A DNA stretch of 26,129 nucleotides, from IMG/VR virus record IMGVR_UViG_3300033076_000096, positions 1 through 26,129 of that record. One strand, written 5' to 3'. Below are positions 15,605-25,628 of this stretch, piece after piece (position 1 is the first letter of the stretch; each line of letters opens with the position of its first letter). The notes below the pieces were generated by a model. That model did no database searches and was not told where the DNA came from. It saw only the letters and a program-made list of their open reading frames with translations. A program made the position numbers and the translations under genes. The stretch is from a virus (lineage: Duplodnaviria; Caudoviricetes).

Positions 15605-16527
15605 CACAAGTTTCCTGTGTTGGTTGATGGGAAGGCGCGGCCAGAACCCCAAATGATGCGAACTGCTCCCACTCCGCCGCCTCCGCCAACGCCGGGGTAA
15701 AAGTCGGGGTCAACGAATTCATACCCTGCGGCTCCGCCGCCGCCTCCATATGCGCCGCCGGTCTTGCCAATCACGTCGTAGTACGCACCGCTTGTGGACC
15801 CGCCAGCGGCGCCGCCGCTGCCGCCTCCGCCGCCGTAGGCCGTATATCCGCCGCCGCTACCCGCACTACCGTTAGCGCCTTGCCCAAGCAGGCCTACTCC
15901 GCCTCCGCCAGCGCCAGCGGGCTGGGCTTCATATGAGCCGCCGCTAAAGTACTGAGCGCGTCCGCCCCCGCCTCCACCACCGCCGCTGCCGCCGGTGCCA
16001 GAGTAGGCGCCTCCGCCCCCTGGCGAAGCGCCGGTGCCGCCGGGGCCAGAGTACCCCCCAGCGCCTCCCCCACTTGCGCCCCATGTACCGTAGCCGCCGC
16101 TGCCGCCGTTGCCGCCGGTACCGGCTTGCACGGTGCCACCATTTGGGGGAGTACTTGTACCACTCCACTGATAGCCGCCGTTGCCGCCGTTGGCCCGTGC
16201 GAACGGAGAAGAAAGGTCTCCCTGACGTGAAACGGCGCTAAAGTCTCCCGGCGCGCCGTTGCCGCCGCCGCCGGGGCCGCCGACCTTGACGGTGAGCGAT
16301 TCGCCCGGAGTAACTGCGATGTTGTTGGCGTAAGCGAGAGCGCCTCCGCCGCCGCCAGAGCCAGCATAGCCGCCGCCGCCCGCGCCGACGCAGAGAACGC
16401 AGATGCTAGTCACTCCAGCCGGAACAACGAAACTAACCGTTCCAAAACTGGTGTATTCAATTTGGCCTGGGGGTCCGCCTCCAGCGTCCCCTCCAGCCAT
16501 CAACAATGCGCGAGATACGCGGTCCAT
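15604..16527 (-). CDS. Glycine-rich tail-associated protein (polyglycine-II sandwich, gp38-like adhesin candidate)
   Basis: FVVPAGVTSICVLCVGAGGGG start, many GGGGG/GGxGG runs with aromatic loops, and GGVGAVRIIW end. TAATG coupled to the collagen fibre. Confidence 0.72.
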   Translation of the reverse strand: MDRVSRALLMAGGDAGGGPPGQIEYTSFGTVSFVVPAGVTSICVLCVGAGGGGYAGSGGGGGALAYANNIAVTPGESLTVKVGGPGGGGNGAPGDFSAVSRQGDLSSPFARANGGNGGYQWSGTSTPPNGGTVQAGTGGNGGSGGYGTWGASGGGAGGYSGPGGTGASPGGGGAYSGTGGSGGGGGGGGRAQYFSGGSYEAQPAGAGGGGVGLLGQGANGSAGSGGGYTAYGGGGGSGGAAGGSTSGAYYDVIGKTGGAYGGGGGAAGYEFVDPDFYPGVGGGGGVGAVRIIWGSGRAFPSTNTGNL

Positions 16528-18587
16528 TAGTTGACGTAGTCCTTCTGCGCTACGCCGCGCCAGCGGGTACCGCCGTCGTCAGTGACAAATGTGAAAAGGT
16601 GCGTCTTGCCGGTCGTCAGCGAAGGAGCCGTGTCGCCAGGCCACTTCACGCTGGTGGGCCAAGTGATCGTGCCGCTGGTGTGCGTCAGTTCAAGCGTGAA
16701 CGCGAACGCACGGCTTGCAGGCACGTTGCTGAACGTGAACGTGCTGTTTGCGTTGATTGTCTTGGTGAAGTAGTTGCCAGCGGAGCAGTCGATGTCGAGT
16801 GCGCCGACTGCGACGATGTTTTGAGACGTGTTGCCGTTGAGGTCGAATGTCGAAGCCGGGGTCGTCGCAACACCCACCTTGCCGTCAGCGAGAATGCGAA
16901 CACGCTCTGTGTTCCCAGCCTGAAGCGACAACGCCGTGCTAGGGCCAGCGCGGACGTTGAACGACGAGGAATCGACGAACACGTCGCCAACGACGCTGTT
17001 GTTGCTATTCGACGAGCGGAATACACCGCCGTTAGTCGTGTCTTGGCCAGAAACGTGCAGGGTACGGTAGTTGGCGCCGAAGTTCGTCGGAGAGGTCGTG
17101 CCTACACCCAAGTTGCCATTGGCATCGACGATGGCCCGCGCGGCGCTATTCGTGCTGAATGTCAGTGCGGATGCGTCGCCGGTCGATACGTCCAACGATC
17201 CAGTCAGCGTACCGAGAGTCGATCCGCCAGATGCCGTGAACATCCGCAGCTTCTGCGTTCCCGCGACTTGCAGCGTGATGATGCCGCCGGTCGAGCCGTT
17301 GACCGACAGGGTAGACCGCCCAGCGTAGACATCCGGTGCGGTAGTGCCGACCCCGACGTTGCCGACTTCAGTGATGTTAAGCGCATCGGACCACGTCGTG
17401 CCGTTGAATACGCCAATGGCTACGCCGTCTGCAACGGCTGTGTTAAACGCGAACCGCGCTGCCTTGCTAGGTGTGCCGTCCTTAAAGACTTGGAACGCGC
17501 CCGTTGTGTTCTGCACACGCATGACTTGGCTGGTCGTCGTAACGTCGCCGCTAAACGTATCGCCAGCCTTGTTCGCAGGCGTGTAGCCCAGCGCGGTCGT
17601 GACGTTGGACGAGGTGATCGAAGTCAGATAGCCGCTGTCGTTCGTAAGCTGCGAGACGGCGGTCGGGACAGTGATCGTCGTCCACGTCGTCGCGTAATCA
17701 GCGTTGCTGCTCTTGGCCAGCACCTGGCCCGTCGTGCCGCCAGCAGCTACGCCAGCGCCAGTTGCGCCGGTCGGCCCCTGTGGCCCCGTGGCGCCCTGCG
17801 CCCCTGCCGGTCCCTGTGGCCCCGTGTCGCCCGTGTCGCCCTTTACGCCCTGAATGCCCTGCGGCCCCTGTGGGCCGGTGGGGCCAGCAGGCCCTTGGAT
17901 CGTGCCGGTGTTCTGCCAGGCGCTGCCGGTCCATACCCACAGATCACCCGTGATGAGATAGGCGTCGCCAACGCTGTTGCCGCTCGACGGCAACTGGCCG
18001 CTGTTCGCGAACGAGCCAAGGATGTTGATGCCTTCGCCCGTGTCGCCTTTCGGCCCCTGCGGCCCCGTAGGCCCAACCGGCCCCTGTATGCCCTGAATGC
18101 CTTGGATGCCCTGTGGCCCCTGCGGCCCGACAAGTGCAGACAGCGCCGTCAGGTTCTGCCACGTTGTATCGCCAACCAAGCGCCACTGAATGTGCGTCGC
18201 CGAAGCCTGAAGCTCGACGTTCTTGCCTTGGATGCCCTGCGGCCCAGCAGGCCCCGTGGCGCCCTGTGCGCCGGTTGCGCCAACGTCGCCCTGTGGCCCG
18301 ACAGGCCCCTGCAAGCCTTGCGGCCCCGCGGGTCCGGTTGCGCCTTGCGGGCCGGTCAGCGAGGCCAGTGTCGCGATGTCGTACCACGTTGAGCCGTCCA
18401 CATACTTGTACTGGACGTGCGTTGCGTTCGTCCGCAGTTCGATGCGTGACGACGAAGCCGACGCCGATGCGCTTGCAGCAGCCGCTGCCGCACTCGCAGC
18501 CGCAGCAGCCGCGGAGGCCGCTGCTTCGTCTTCATAGACGTTGACGATGGCTGCTTCGCCAGAGTTGTAGAAGCTCGAAGACGACAT
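16527..18587 (-). CDS. Tail fibre with collagen-like Gly-X-Y segments
   Basis: Poly-Ala N-terminal stalk, three G-X-Y tracts, [19 protein letters not shown] and GN(V/L)GVGTT.P repeats, and a C-terminal beta domain ([11 protein letters not shown]). Confidence 0.85.
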   Translation of the reverse strand: MSSSSFYNSGEAAIVNVYEDEAAASAAAAAASAAAAAASASASASSSRIELRTNATHVQYKYVDGSTWYDIATLASLTGPQGATGPAGPQGLQGPVGPQGDVGATGAQGATGPAGPQGIQGKNVELQASATHIQWRLVGDTTWQNLTALSALVGPQGPQGIQGIQGIQGPVGPTGPQGPKGDTGEGINILGSFANSGQLPSSGNSVGDAYLITGDLWVWTGSAWQNTGTIQGPAGPTGPQGPQGIQGVKGDTGDTGPQGPAGAQGATGPQGPTGATGAGVAAGGTTGQVLAKSSNADYATTWTTITVPTAVSQLTNDSGYLTSITSSNVTTALGYTPANKAGDTFSGDVTTTSQVMRVQNTTGAFQVFKDGTPSKAARFAFNTAVADGVAIGVFNGTTWSDALNITEVGNVGVGTTAPDVYAGRSTLSVNGSTGGIITLQVAGTQKLRMFTASGGSTLGTLTGSLDVSTGDASALTFSTNSAARAIVDANGNLGVGTTSPTNFGANYRTLHVSGQDTTNGGVFRSSNSNNSVVGDVFVDSSSFNVRAGPSTALSLQAGNTERVRILADGKVGVATTPASTFDLNGNTSQNIVAVGALDIDCSAGNYFTKTINANSTFTFSNVPASRAFAFTLELTHTSGTITWPTSVKWPGDTAPSLTTGKTHLFTFVTDDGGTRWRGVAQKDYVN
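17751..18353 (-). repeat. Collagen-like (Gly-X-Y)n coding repeats
   Basis: Repeated GPQG/GATG/GPAG/GIQG triplets in three tracts interrupted by short globular segments. Confidence 0.9.
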
Positions 18588-18588
18588 C

Positions 18589-19194
18589 TCAGTACCCGTT
18601 CGCTACAGTGTTGGTGGACCCAGACACCTCCGCTTGGCGCGCATGGTCCACCAGGCGCTGCATCGTGTCGTTAAAACTCTCAGACCAAATCTGCATCTTC
18701 TCGACCGGCGAACCCAGATAGGTGCCAGCGGCGACAAGCGCGCCGTAGAGATACAGTTCAGGAGACAGAGCGAACACGTCGTTCGTGGCAGTCGTGCCAG
18801 ACAGACGCGGCGGCTCTGCGAAATAAATCATCTTCATGCCGCTCACGTTGCCGGGGTTCGGCGACAAGCGCAGATACTCGGCTTCGCGGGCGAATGCGAT
18901 GGGCTGGCCCTGGCTGATGCCACGGCTGTAAAACTCGGTCAGCGAAATGCGATCCAACGGCTTGTCATTGAACAGCACGTCTTTCGCTTCAAGAAAATCG
19001 GTCGGAATAGCGATCTTGCCGTTCGTGTCCACGGTGATCGCGACGAACTTCTCCATCACCGGGATGCGTAGCGCATGAAAGATGCGGTTTTGCGCGATAT
19101 CGATGAAGTCGCTCAAGCGGGCATCAGAAAGGTCGTCGCGATTGATCCAATCGGCAACGGCTGCTTTCAGTTCGCTGAACGACGTGATGCTCAC
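18589..19194 (-). CDS. Head-to-tail adaptor protein
   Basis: [19 protein letters not shown]...FI...IPTDFLE...PELYLYGAL pattern; 201 aa; lies just after the capsid cluster. Confidence 0.7.
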   Translation of the reverse strand: MSITSFSELKAAVADWINRDDLSDARLSDFIDIAQNRIFHALRIPVMEKFVAITVDTNGKIAIPTDFLEAKDVLFNDKPLDRISLTEFYSRGISQGQPIAFAREAEYLRLSPNPGNVSGMKMIYFAEPPRLSGTTATNDVFALSPELYLYGALVAAGTYLGSPVEKMQIWSESFNDTMQRLVDHARQAEVSGSTNTVANGY

Positions 19195-19493
19195 AGACGA
19201 CCTCCGCGTGTACGGAGGTACGCATAGTCTGGATCGTTCAACAATGCAACCATGCGAATCTTGTCTTCAGGCGACGGCGACATCGCGTTGATGCCGTATT
19301 TCTGCTTCCACTCAAGCACTACGGCGAATGGAATGCTCGCGATCTGGGCGAAATCGCCGAATTTCTTGCCGATGTTGTCGGCCTGGGCGCGCTTGTTGGC
19401 GTCCAAAATCGAAGTCACGTCCTGCGTGTGGCGCAAGATGTGCTTGCCCGTGTTCTTATCAAACTCAAGGGTGGTTTTAAGTTCGTCGGACAT
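19191..19493 (-). CDS. Hypothetical phage protein (post-capsid)
   Basis: 100-aa ORF with QDV..IL, IASIP..V..EW and LND.DY.YLRT; GTGA overlap with the adaptor start. Confidence 0.75.
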   Translation of the reverse strand: MSDELKTTLEFDKNTGKHILRHTQDVTSILDANKRAQADNIGKKFGDFAQIASIPFAVVLEWKQKYGINAMSPSPEDKIRMVALLNDPDYAYLRTRGGRL

Positions 19494-19505
19494 TTCGGGT
19501 CTTTC

Positions 19506-19550
19506 AAAAAACAGGGAAGGAGGGCGATCCCAATGACCGCCCTCCCCCTT
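19506..19550 (-). terminator. Rho-independent terminator after the major capsid gene
   Basis: On the - strand: GGAGGGCGGTC-loop-GATCGCCCTCC GC-rich stem, then TTCCCTG and TTTTTT, just after the capsid stop. Confidence 0.8.
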
Positions 19551-19554
19551 ACGC

Positions 19555-20454
19555 TTACGCGGTCAGTGCAGATGCCAGACCCGACGCTTCGTCGTTTTCG
19601 CAGACGAGCGTGAGTTCGGTGATCATCATGCGCTTCTCGCTGTCGCCGTCCTTCGCCAGGACTTCCGTCGTCATCGGACGGAGAACCGCACGGCTCCAGT
19701 ACTCGGTGTCGAGAACCAGGGCGGTGTTGGCGTTCAGGAAGCGGTTCGGAACCACTGCGACTTCGCCGAACGGCGAGACGTACAGATCGACCGCGTTAAC
19801 GATCTTCTTCTGCACACCGAAGTCACGCTGGCGACCCGAAGCAGCGGCGAAACCAGCCACCAGCAGCGAGTGCGACGGCGTCACCTGAAGCTGGTTCGGC
19901 ATACCGCCAGCGGTGAACACCTTCTGCATCACGTCGAGCAGGATGGTTTCGGTGAACGCACGGTTCGTGCCGTTCGTGTTGGTGGTCGAAGCAGCGATCT
20001 GGTTCTGAGCCGAAGTCAGTTCGCGAGCCGTCGAGCCGTTGCCAGCAGCGCCGGTCTGGTTCGCACCAACCATCGCGTATTCGATGTCCCGCTTGATTTC
20101 CTTGCCCTTCTTGGCAACGAGACGAGCGAGTTCATCGGCGCGACCGTACAGGCCGATAGCCTGGGCCGAACCGGACACTTCGACGACGCCCTTGAAAATC
20201 TGCGTGTTGGCAGACTTCAGCGTGGTGTCTGAAGCGGTAGCAGCGCCAGCAGCCGCGCCTTCAACAGCCTTGTTGGCTGCGGGCGAGGCCAGCTTGTCCT
20301 GCTGCCACTGGTGGACAGTGGACTTCGCCTTCGACGTGCCGATGGACGAAAGGAACGGAGTGTCGGTGGGAGAGATGTCGTAGATGATATCTTCGATATC
20401 TTCCTTCTTACCGACGAGATCATACGTCTTTGCGACGCCAGAAATAGTAGCCAT
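19555..20454 (-). CDS. Major capsid protein (DUF5309 / SU10-like)
   Basis: GKKEDIEDIIYDISPTDTPF...HQWQQD.L...N.TQIF...KEIKRDIE...YVSPFG...PNRF pattern. Follows the scaffold gene, has strong codon bias and is followed by a terminator. Confidence 0.88.
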   Translation of the reverse strand: MATISGVAKTYDLVGKKEDIEDIIYDISPTDTPFLSSIGTSKAKSTVHQWQQDKLASPAANKAVEGAAAGAATASDTTLKSANTQIFKGVVEVSGSAQAIGLYGRADELARLVAKKGKEIKRDIEYAMVGANQTGAAGNGSTARELTSAQNQIAASTTNTNGTNRAFTETILLDVMQKVFTAGGMPNQLQVTPSHSLLVAGFAAASGRQRDFGVQKKIVNAVDLYVSPFGEVAVVPNRFLNANTALVLDTEYWSRAVLRPMTTEVLAKDGDSEKRMMITELTLVCENDEASGLASALTA

Positions 20455-20460
20455 GATGTG

Positions 20461-21447
20461 TTACCTCATACGATTCACCAAGAGTGCAATCGCGTCATCG
20501 ACCTTGCCCGTTTCCCGCAAACGCTGACGCGCCTGCTGATTGGTCTTACGGGTAGTTACGGTCTTTGCCTCGGTTGCCTTCTTGTCAGACAGGGTTTTCT
20601 TAGGAGCCACCTTGACGGTTGCCTTGGTGGCGACTGATTTTCCTTTGCGGTACTGCATGGCTTCGTAGATCGACGTAATGGCCCTGTGGTCAGCGATGTT
20701 GTTGAACTCGTCCGGCTTGAAACCCAGTTCGGAAACTGCGAACTCGCCAATCTGTCCGTACAAATCGTTGTTCCAGCCAGGGATGGTCGTCTTCAGGATC
20801 GCAATTGACTCCTTGGCTTGCGCCTGGAGAGCCGCCTGCTGTGCCTGTTTTGCGCGGGTTACGAATTCTTCAGTCTGGGCTTTGATGCCGTTGAAAAGAC
20901 TGAAAGCGTGTTCGCGGGCCGCTTTAGCCTGCTGGTACTGCTCTGGGTTCTCCGCCGCAGCCCGTTCCCAATCAACGCCTTCAAAGCGTTGTAGATCGGC
21001 GCCTACGGTGGACAGGATCGTGTTCAGTGTGGAAGCGTAATACTGCCGCTCTTCTTCGGCGTATTTACGTTGTTCCGCGACTGCCTGCGTTTTCCTGGTG
21101 TAGTCAGCCTGACGGAGGTATCCGAGTTTTACCTCTTCAACGCTTACCTTCTCTCCGTCGATTTCAAGGAACTCTGGCTCCTTGGGTTTATCGTCGGATT
21201 CGTCGGCTCCAGCGTCTTCCTCTTCGGTATCGGCTTCGCCCTCTTCGTCCTCGGTTTCACCGTCTTCGGCTTCCTCGGAATCAGTGGCGTCGGCTTCAAC
21301 CTCGTCCTCGACTACTTCTGTTTCGCCCTCATCTGTGGGCTGTGAATCGGCCTCGGTATCCGCCTTGTCCTCCTCGGGGGCGGTGTACAACGCTGCCAAA
21401 CGCTCTTCAGCACTCGGTGCAGAGTCCGCAACGGTTTGCTCTGTCAC
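20461..21447 (-). CDS. Capsid scaffolding protein
   Basis: Very acidic N-terminus, IDGEKVSVEEVKLGYLRQADYTRKTQ, helical middle and basic C-terminus; CAGGAG RBS before GTG 21447. Confidence 0.82.
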   Translation of the reverse strand: MTEQTVADSAPSAEERLAALYTAPEEDKADTEADSQPTDEGETEVVEDEVEADATDSEEAEDGETEDEEGEADTEEEDAGADESDDKPKEPEFLEIDGEKVSVEEVKLGYLRQADYTRKTQAVAEQRKYAEEERQYYASTLNTILSTVGADLQRFEGVDWERAAAENPEQYQQAKAAREHAFSLFNGIKAQTEEFVTRAKQAQQAALQAQAKESIAILKTTIPGWNNDLYGQIGEFAVSELGFKPDEFNNIADHRAITSIYEAMQYRKGKSVATKATVKVAPKKTLSDKKATEAKTVTTRKTNQQARQRLRETGKVDDAIALLVNRMR

Positions 21448-21448
21448 A

Positions 21449-21718
21449 TCAAGTCTCCTGTGTAATCGAATCCTGTAGCTGCTTCAACTGAAAATGGTTG
21501 ATGCGAGATGCGATATTGTTGACGAACATCTGCGCGGCGCGGTGCAGATGGAACAAGGTTTCACGTTCGGCTTGCGCGCCCAACTCCGACATGAATAGCT
21601 TTTTCTGGATGTCGTCCATCAGCGACGTGTACGCATCGTTGAACGCATCGTTCTGGAGCAGGCGGCTCGCGTCTTCCGCGGCCTTCTCTGCACCGTCAAT
21701 TCCGTAATCGATTTCCAT
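21449..21718 (-). CDS. Hypothetical phage head-cluster protein
   Basis: 89-aa helical ORF (A..LL.ND.F...ERE.LF) between portal and scaffold; TGATG coupling and AGGA RBS. Confidence 0.75.
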   Translation of the reverse strand: MEIDYGIDGAEKAAEDASRLLQNDAFNDAYTSLMDDIQKKLFMSELGAQAERETLFHLHRAAQMFVNNIASRINHFQLKQLQDSITQET

Positions 21719-21969
21719 CAGTTTGTTTCCTTGAAGAAGTCGGCTAGCCCTTCGCTCGCGTCAGGAATGACGCGGGTCTTGGCCGCTTCAGCGCGCTCTA
21801 TGCGCTCCTGGGTGATCGGACGCTCCACGCGCTCGCCAGCCTTGTTCTGGCCGTACTTGAGCTTCGTGTAGTCCTTGACCATCTTTTTGTACGCCTCGCG
21901 CTTCTCTTCAGCGACGGTCCTGGCGTTCTTCTTCCGCTTGAATGCCTCAACGGCTTGTTCAAAGCTCAT
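21718..21969 (-). CDS. Hypothetical charged protein
   Basis: 83-aa ORF filling the gap after the portal; AAAGGGG RBS-like sequence upstream. Confidence 0.65.
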   Translation of the reverse strand: MSFEQAVEAFKRKKNARTVAEEKREAYKKMVKDYTKLKYGQNKAGERVERPITQERIERAEAAKTRVIPDASEGLADFFKETN

Positions 21970-21972
21970 AAA

Positions 21973-24108
21973 TCATTCCCCTTTGCGGCTCATCGCCATG
22001 CGTTGGTTCTCCGCCTGCATTGACTCCACCTTCATGCGATGGCGTAGCTGCATCGCGTTCAGGGCCGTGTCGGTGTCGAACTTCTCGGCCTCGTCGCCAA
22101 CTTGCTGGGCCTTCAGGATGAAGTCGTTCTTCGCGATCTGAACGTCGAGGAGCAGGCGGTCTTCGTCGATCTGCACCTTGGCGGCGTCGAAGTTGAGCTT
22201 TTGCTCGTCAGTGACGACCTTGCGCTCCTCAAGCTCCAGCTTCTTCATTTCCATCTGGCGCATCATTTCTTCGCGCTGCTGGCCCTGCATCTGCGCCTGC
22301 TGCATCTTTTGCTGGTGCTGCGGCGACATCGGGCTTTCCAGATAGCGCATACCGCCCTTGAGGCCCATGAGGTCGATTGCATCGGCCAGGAGGGCAAACC
22401 GCTGTGGCTTGTCGTACATACCGCCCACGGTCGGGTCTTGCGGGTTCGCCGTGAACATCTGATCCAGCATGATCAGCGTCCGCGCTTCAGCCGCACGGGC
22501 TTCAGGCGTGAGCGCCACGGCGACCGTCATCTCGGTGCGGTCGGCCAGTTCGGTCGGCGTGATCTGAACGAACGTGTCGCCAAGCTGCACCATCTTCGTC
22601 TGCGTGTCGTTTTCCTTCGACAGCCGGTACAGGTCGTACATCAGCGGCATCAGGAACGACTCGGCGAAGTGACGCGCCATGACCATCGTGCGACGGTTGC
22701 TGGCGTTCATGTACCGCGTAACGAGGTCGTTGCTGTTTTGCTTGGCTACGACATCGCTGTCCAGCCCCTTCGACATACGCGAGGAGCCAGAACGCGCTTC
22801 CTTCTCCTGCTCCAGCACTTCCATCGTCGTGAATACGGTGGGGCTGATGCTGGGGGTGTTCAGCGGCTGAACGACGGACGATGCGTCCATAGCGTTCACG
22901 TCAATCACGGCGCCGACGCGGTTGTCGATCAGGTCACGCGGGTTGCGGACCAGTGACAGGTTCGCCAGCCAGCGGGTCGTGTTCGTCATAAAGGCGTTGT
23001 CGATGACAGAACGCTTTAGCGATGACTGCGACTTCTGGATGTCCATCATCACGTCGGCGAGGCTCATGCCAACCGCCTTGTGCGGGATCGGGAACGGACA
23101 CCAAGCACGGTACGGGTGCGTTTCCACGACCTCGGTGTCGAGCAACGTGCGACGGCTGTGGATCGCCTTCAGAGTGCGGCGGGTCTTGGTATCTGGGTCG
23201 TAAATGCGCAGATACGACTCGTAGATGGTCACATAGCGACGATTTGGATGGTCGTCGCGCATATGCATCTCGGCTGAGTACTCGTCGAAGCTGTCGCGGC
23301 CCTGGGTGCCGTCGCGATAGCCGTCCATTTCCTCGTCGAGAAGCTCAATCTTCTTCTCGTCGTAGCCGTCTTCCAGAAGCTCGCCGATCTCGACCTCCGA
23401 GCGGTACGAGACGAAATCCGCCTCCTCGACACTGGTGGCGCGGGGGCTGACGTAGAAACGCTCCGGTTCGACGTTCTCGACACGCACCTTGCTGCGGTCC
23501 AACCGCCGCTTGAGTTTGCCACTATAGGTGGTAACCGCAGGCGAAACCATCGCGCCCATCTGATCGATGATCGCTTCCTGCTGCGTTTCCTGCTCGACCT
23601 CGGTGATCTCTACGTCTGGCTGGTTTGCAAGTGCAACGTACTGCGCTTCGTTGATATCGTCGAATTCTTCCTCGACGTAGATGATCCGCTCGTCCCACCA
23701 ACGCTTGACGATGCCAAGCTTCGACACCAGGCCGTCGTGGATCGTGTCGTGCAGGATGCGGAAGCCGTTGTTCTGCCGGTAGAACAGGTAATTGACCCAG
23801 CCAGTGGCTTCGCGAGCCTTTTCGATGTCGTTGATCGTCTGGGGCTGGAACTGGCAGACGTTGCGGTCTGCGGTGAAGGTGTCGAGCAGGAGCGCCTTGG
23901 TGGACTCGACTGCATCGAACACGTCGCGGCTGATGTGGTGGCTGCGGCCCTTAATTTCGTTGCCGAGAGGCTCGCCGTAGTAGTAGCGGTGGGCCTTGTC
24001 GCGCTGTTCGCCGATCAGAGACTCGGTGTACGGGTCCGAAGCGTCCAGATTACGCTCCAACAGCGCAATCAACTCGTCTTCGGTGATTTCGTTCTTGATC
24101 TCGGGCAT
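21973..24108 (-). CDS. Portal protein (P22-like, with C-terminal helical barrel)
   Basis: 711 aa directly after terL; YYYGEP.G.E..GRS, DGLVSKLGIVK, VEPERF and G.SLAD motifs; Gln/Met-rich coiled-coil tail; TAGGA RBS. Confidence 0.88.
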   Translation of the reverse strand: MPEIKNEITEDELIALLERNLDASDPYTESLIGEQRDKAHRYYYGEPLGNEIKGRSHHISRDVFDAVESTKALLLDTFTADRNVCQFQPQTINDIEKAREATGWVNYLFYRQNNGFRILHDTIHDGLVSKLGIVKRWWDERIIYVEEEFDDINEAQYVALANQPDVEITEVEQETQQEAIIDQMGAMVSPAVTTYSGKLKRRLDRSKVRVENVEPERFYVSPRATSVEEADFVSYRSEVEIGELLEDGYDEKKIELLDEEMDGYRDGTQGRDSFDEYSAEMHMRDDHPNRRYVTIYESYLRIYDPDTKTRRTLKAIHSRRTLLDTEVVETHPYRAWCPFPIPHKAVGMSLADVMMDIQKSQSSLKRSVIDNAFMTNTTRWLANLSLVRNPRDLIDNRVGAVIDVNAMDASSVVQPLNTPSISPTVFTTMEVLEQEKEARSGSSRMSKGLDSDVVAKQNSNDLVTRYMNASNRRTMVMARHFAESFLMPLMYDLYRLSKENDTQTKMVQLGDTFVQITPTELADRTEMTVAVALTPEARAAEARTLIMLDQMFTANPQDPTVGGMYDKPQRFALLADAIDLMGLKGGMRYLESPMSPQHQQKMQQAQMQGQQREEMMRQMEMKKLELEERKVVTDEQKLNFDAAKVQIDEDRLLLDVQIAKNDFILKAQQVGDEAEKFDTDTALNAMQLRHRMKVESMQAENQRMAMSRKGE

Positions 24109-24116
24109 AGCGCGTC

Positions 24117-25628
24117 CTAAAAGTCGTAGTCAGGGGCGAGGGAGACGCTGTGCCGTCCATACACCTCTGGCATTTTGAGTTCGCCCTTATTAATGCCAAA
24201 GCGTTGCACAGACAAGGCGGAATAGCGCACTGCGTCCAGCAAGTCGTCATGTTCCTTCACGATCTTGCCCTGCTTGCGGTGATAACGACGGAATTCGTCG
24301 AAGAAATCCTTGCAATCAGCGAACACCTTGAACCGGCCCGTCCGCATCCGCTCGAGTATGTCCATGATCCCTGGCTCGACGAAATTTGAGCCATCGGGGT
24401 TGGTGAAGCGCGCCACGACGTTCAATCCCTGCTCGCGATACAACTCTGCCATCGTGTTGCCAGAGCCTTTGTCGCGGTTGTCGCCGTCGTGCGGGTAGAT
24501 CAGGGGTATTCCCGGCCCCTTGGCGCGGATCATCGCGCTGTGGACGGCTGGAATCTCCCCTGCCCGCTTGTAAGCGTCGTACAGGTAGATGATGTCGCGA
24601 TCTGCGTCGTAGGCCGTCCAGGCGACGGCAGTCGGGTGACTGATCCCGAAGTCGATGGCGGCGCAAATCTTGTAGTGGTTCGGGATTTCAAACGGATCGA
24701 CCTTGATCGCCTCTTCGGCGACCGGATAGACCATGCCCTCACCCAGCACTGGGATGCCCTTGGAGCGCATTTCGCGCTGGTATTCAGGGATAGCCGCCAA
24801 AAGCTGCCGCTTTGTGTCCTCGTCGAGGTGTTCAGCCTCTTCCCACGTCACGTTCTGGAGGTATTGGCCCTCTTTCAGGCTCTCCATGAACTGGCTGACC
24901 AGCTCCGTCATGCCGTTTTCCGGCGTGAACGTCAGCAGGACGTATCCGCCCTTCCCGTCGTTGCCGGTGGCGGTACGGGTCAGCACCTGGGGATAGATTT
25001 CAGGGTCAGTCGGCTCTTCGTCGATCCACGCGATGTCGATGGACGACCCCATCAGCGGCGCCTGGCCTTGTGAGTACGATTTGTGGCTCAGACAGCTATA
25101 GCCGCCGCTCTGGTGCCAAATGAAGATGTCCTTGGCGAGCCTGGGCGTACCCGCGGCAGGCACAATCGACCGGATTTCGTCGGGCAGAATGAAGCCGCCG
25201 TCGAACTGGCGCCCGTTCAGGACGCCAAATAGCTCCTTCTGGATCACGTCACGCATCTGTTCGCCCGTGACGCCCAGCGCCCAGGCGTTGATGGGCCGCG
25301 TGAACTTAATTCCAGGCCACCAATCGGGATATTTGCCCGTCAGGTGGCAGGCCATCTCGTATGCGGCGCTGTATGACTTGCCGACACGGTTTGCGGCCAT
25401 CAATGCGCGCTGTTTTGACTTCTTTCCCGCCTCATAGAACTGGGTTTGCCACTTGTAAGGCGTGAAATACTCCAGCTTGTTGCGCTTTTTGTGTTCGCGG
25501 ATGACACGAATGGCCTCGGCGAGGGCAATTGCCTTCTCCTCGTCCGCCGCGGCAGCGATTTTCGCTTGAGCAGCAGCCTCTTCGCTCGCAATTGCGGCCA
25601 AATCAGGGCGAAATTTCTCTTCGCTCAC
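24117..25628 (-). CDS. terL: Terminase large subunit
   Basis: PY.WQ, Walker A AANRVGKS, Walker B WIDEE, TFTP coupling motif, and nuclease motifs AIDFG, YPHDG and DDLLDA. Confidence 0.95.
   Translation of the reverse strand: MSEEKFRPDLAAIASEEAAAQAKIAAAADEEKAIALAEAIRVIREHKKRNKLEYFTPYKWQTQFYEAGKKSKQRALMAANRVGKSYSAAYEMACHLTGKYPDWWPGIKFTRPINAWALGVTGEQMRDVIQKELFGVLNGRQFDGGFILPDEIRSIVPAAGTPRLAKDIFIWHQSGGYSCLSHKSYSQGQAPLMGSSIDIAWIDEEPTDPEIYPQVLTRTATGNDGKGGYVLLTFTPENGMTELVSQFMESLKEGQYLQNVTWEEAEHLDEDTKRQLLAAIPEYQREMRSKGIPVLGEGMVYPVAEEAIKVDPFEIPNHYKICAAIDFGISHPTAVAWTAYDADRDIIYLYDAYKRAGEIPAVHSAMIRAKGPGIPLIYPHDGDNRDKGSGNTMAELYREQGLNVVARFTNPDGSNFVEPGIMDILERMRTGRFKVFADCKDFFDEFRRYHRKQGKIVKEHDDLLDAVRYSALSVQRFGINKGELKMPEVYGRHSVSLAPDYDF

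Noticed and set aside
13857-15652. ORF-track starts at 14198, 14493, 14678 and 15652
   Set aside because: They extend deep into upstream genes. Starts at 14027, 14421, 14642 and 15604 give RBS or stop-start coupling and sensible N-termini.
16506-18392. 628-aa + strand ORF opposite the collagen fibre (similar ones at 5689-7113, 9672-10814 and 22102-22956)
   Set aside because: Arg/Ala/Val-rich translations expected from reverse-complemented high-GC codons; the - strand genes carry the real motifs and gene coupling.
15604-18587. Repetitive DNA as a CRISPR array or diversity-generating retroelement target
   Set aside because: The repeats are codon-level Gly and G-X-Y repeats. There is no constant repeat-spacer period, no adenine-variant duplicate and no reverse transcriptase in the window.
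19551-19580. Programmed frameshift or read-through extension of the capsid protein
   Set aside because: No slippery heptamer is seen; the stop is followed by a second in-frame TAA and the terminator.
7276-21975. Several adjacent genes are in frame across their stops (gaps of 3, 3, 9, 3, 6 and 3 nt at about 7280, 9718, 10870, 15132, 20457 and 21971), suggesting read-through or stop recoding
   Set aside because: About 6 of 14 non-overlapping junctions is near the one-third expected by chance, three different stop codons are involved, and genes are full length in the standard code.
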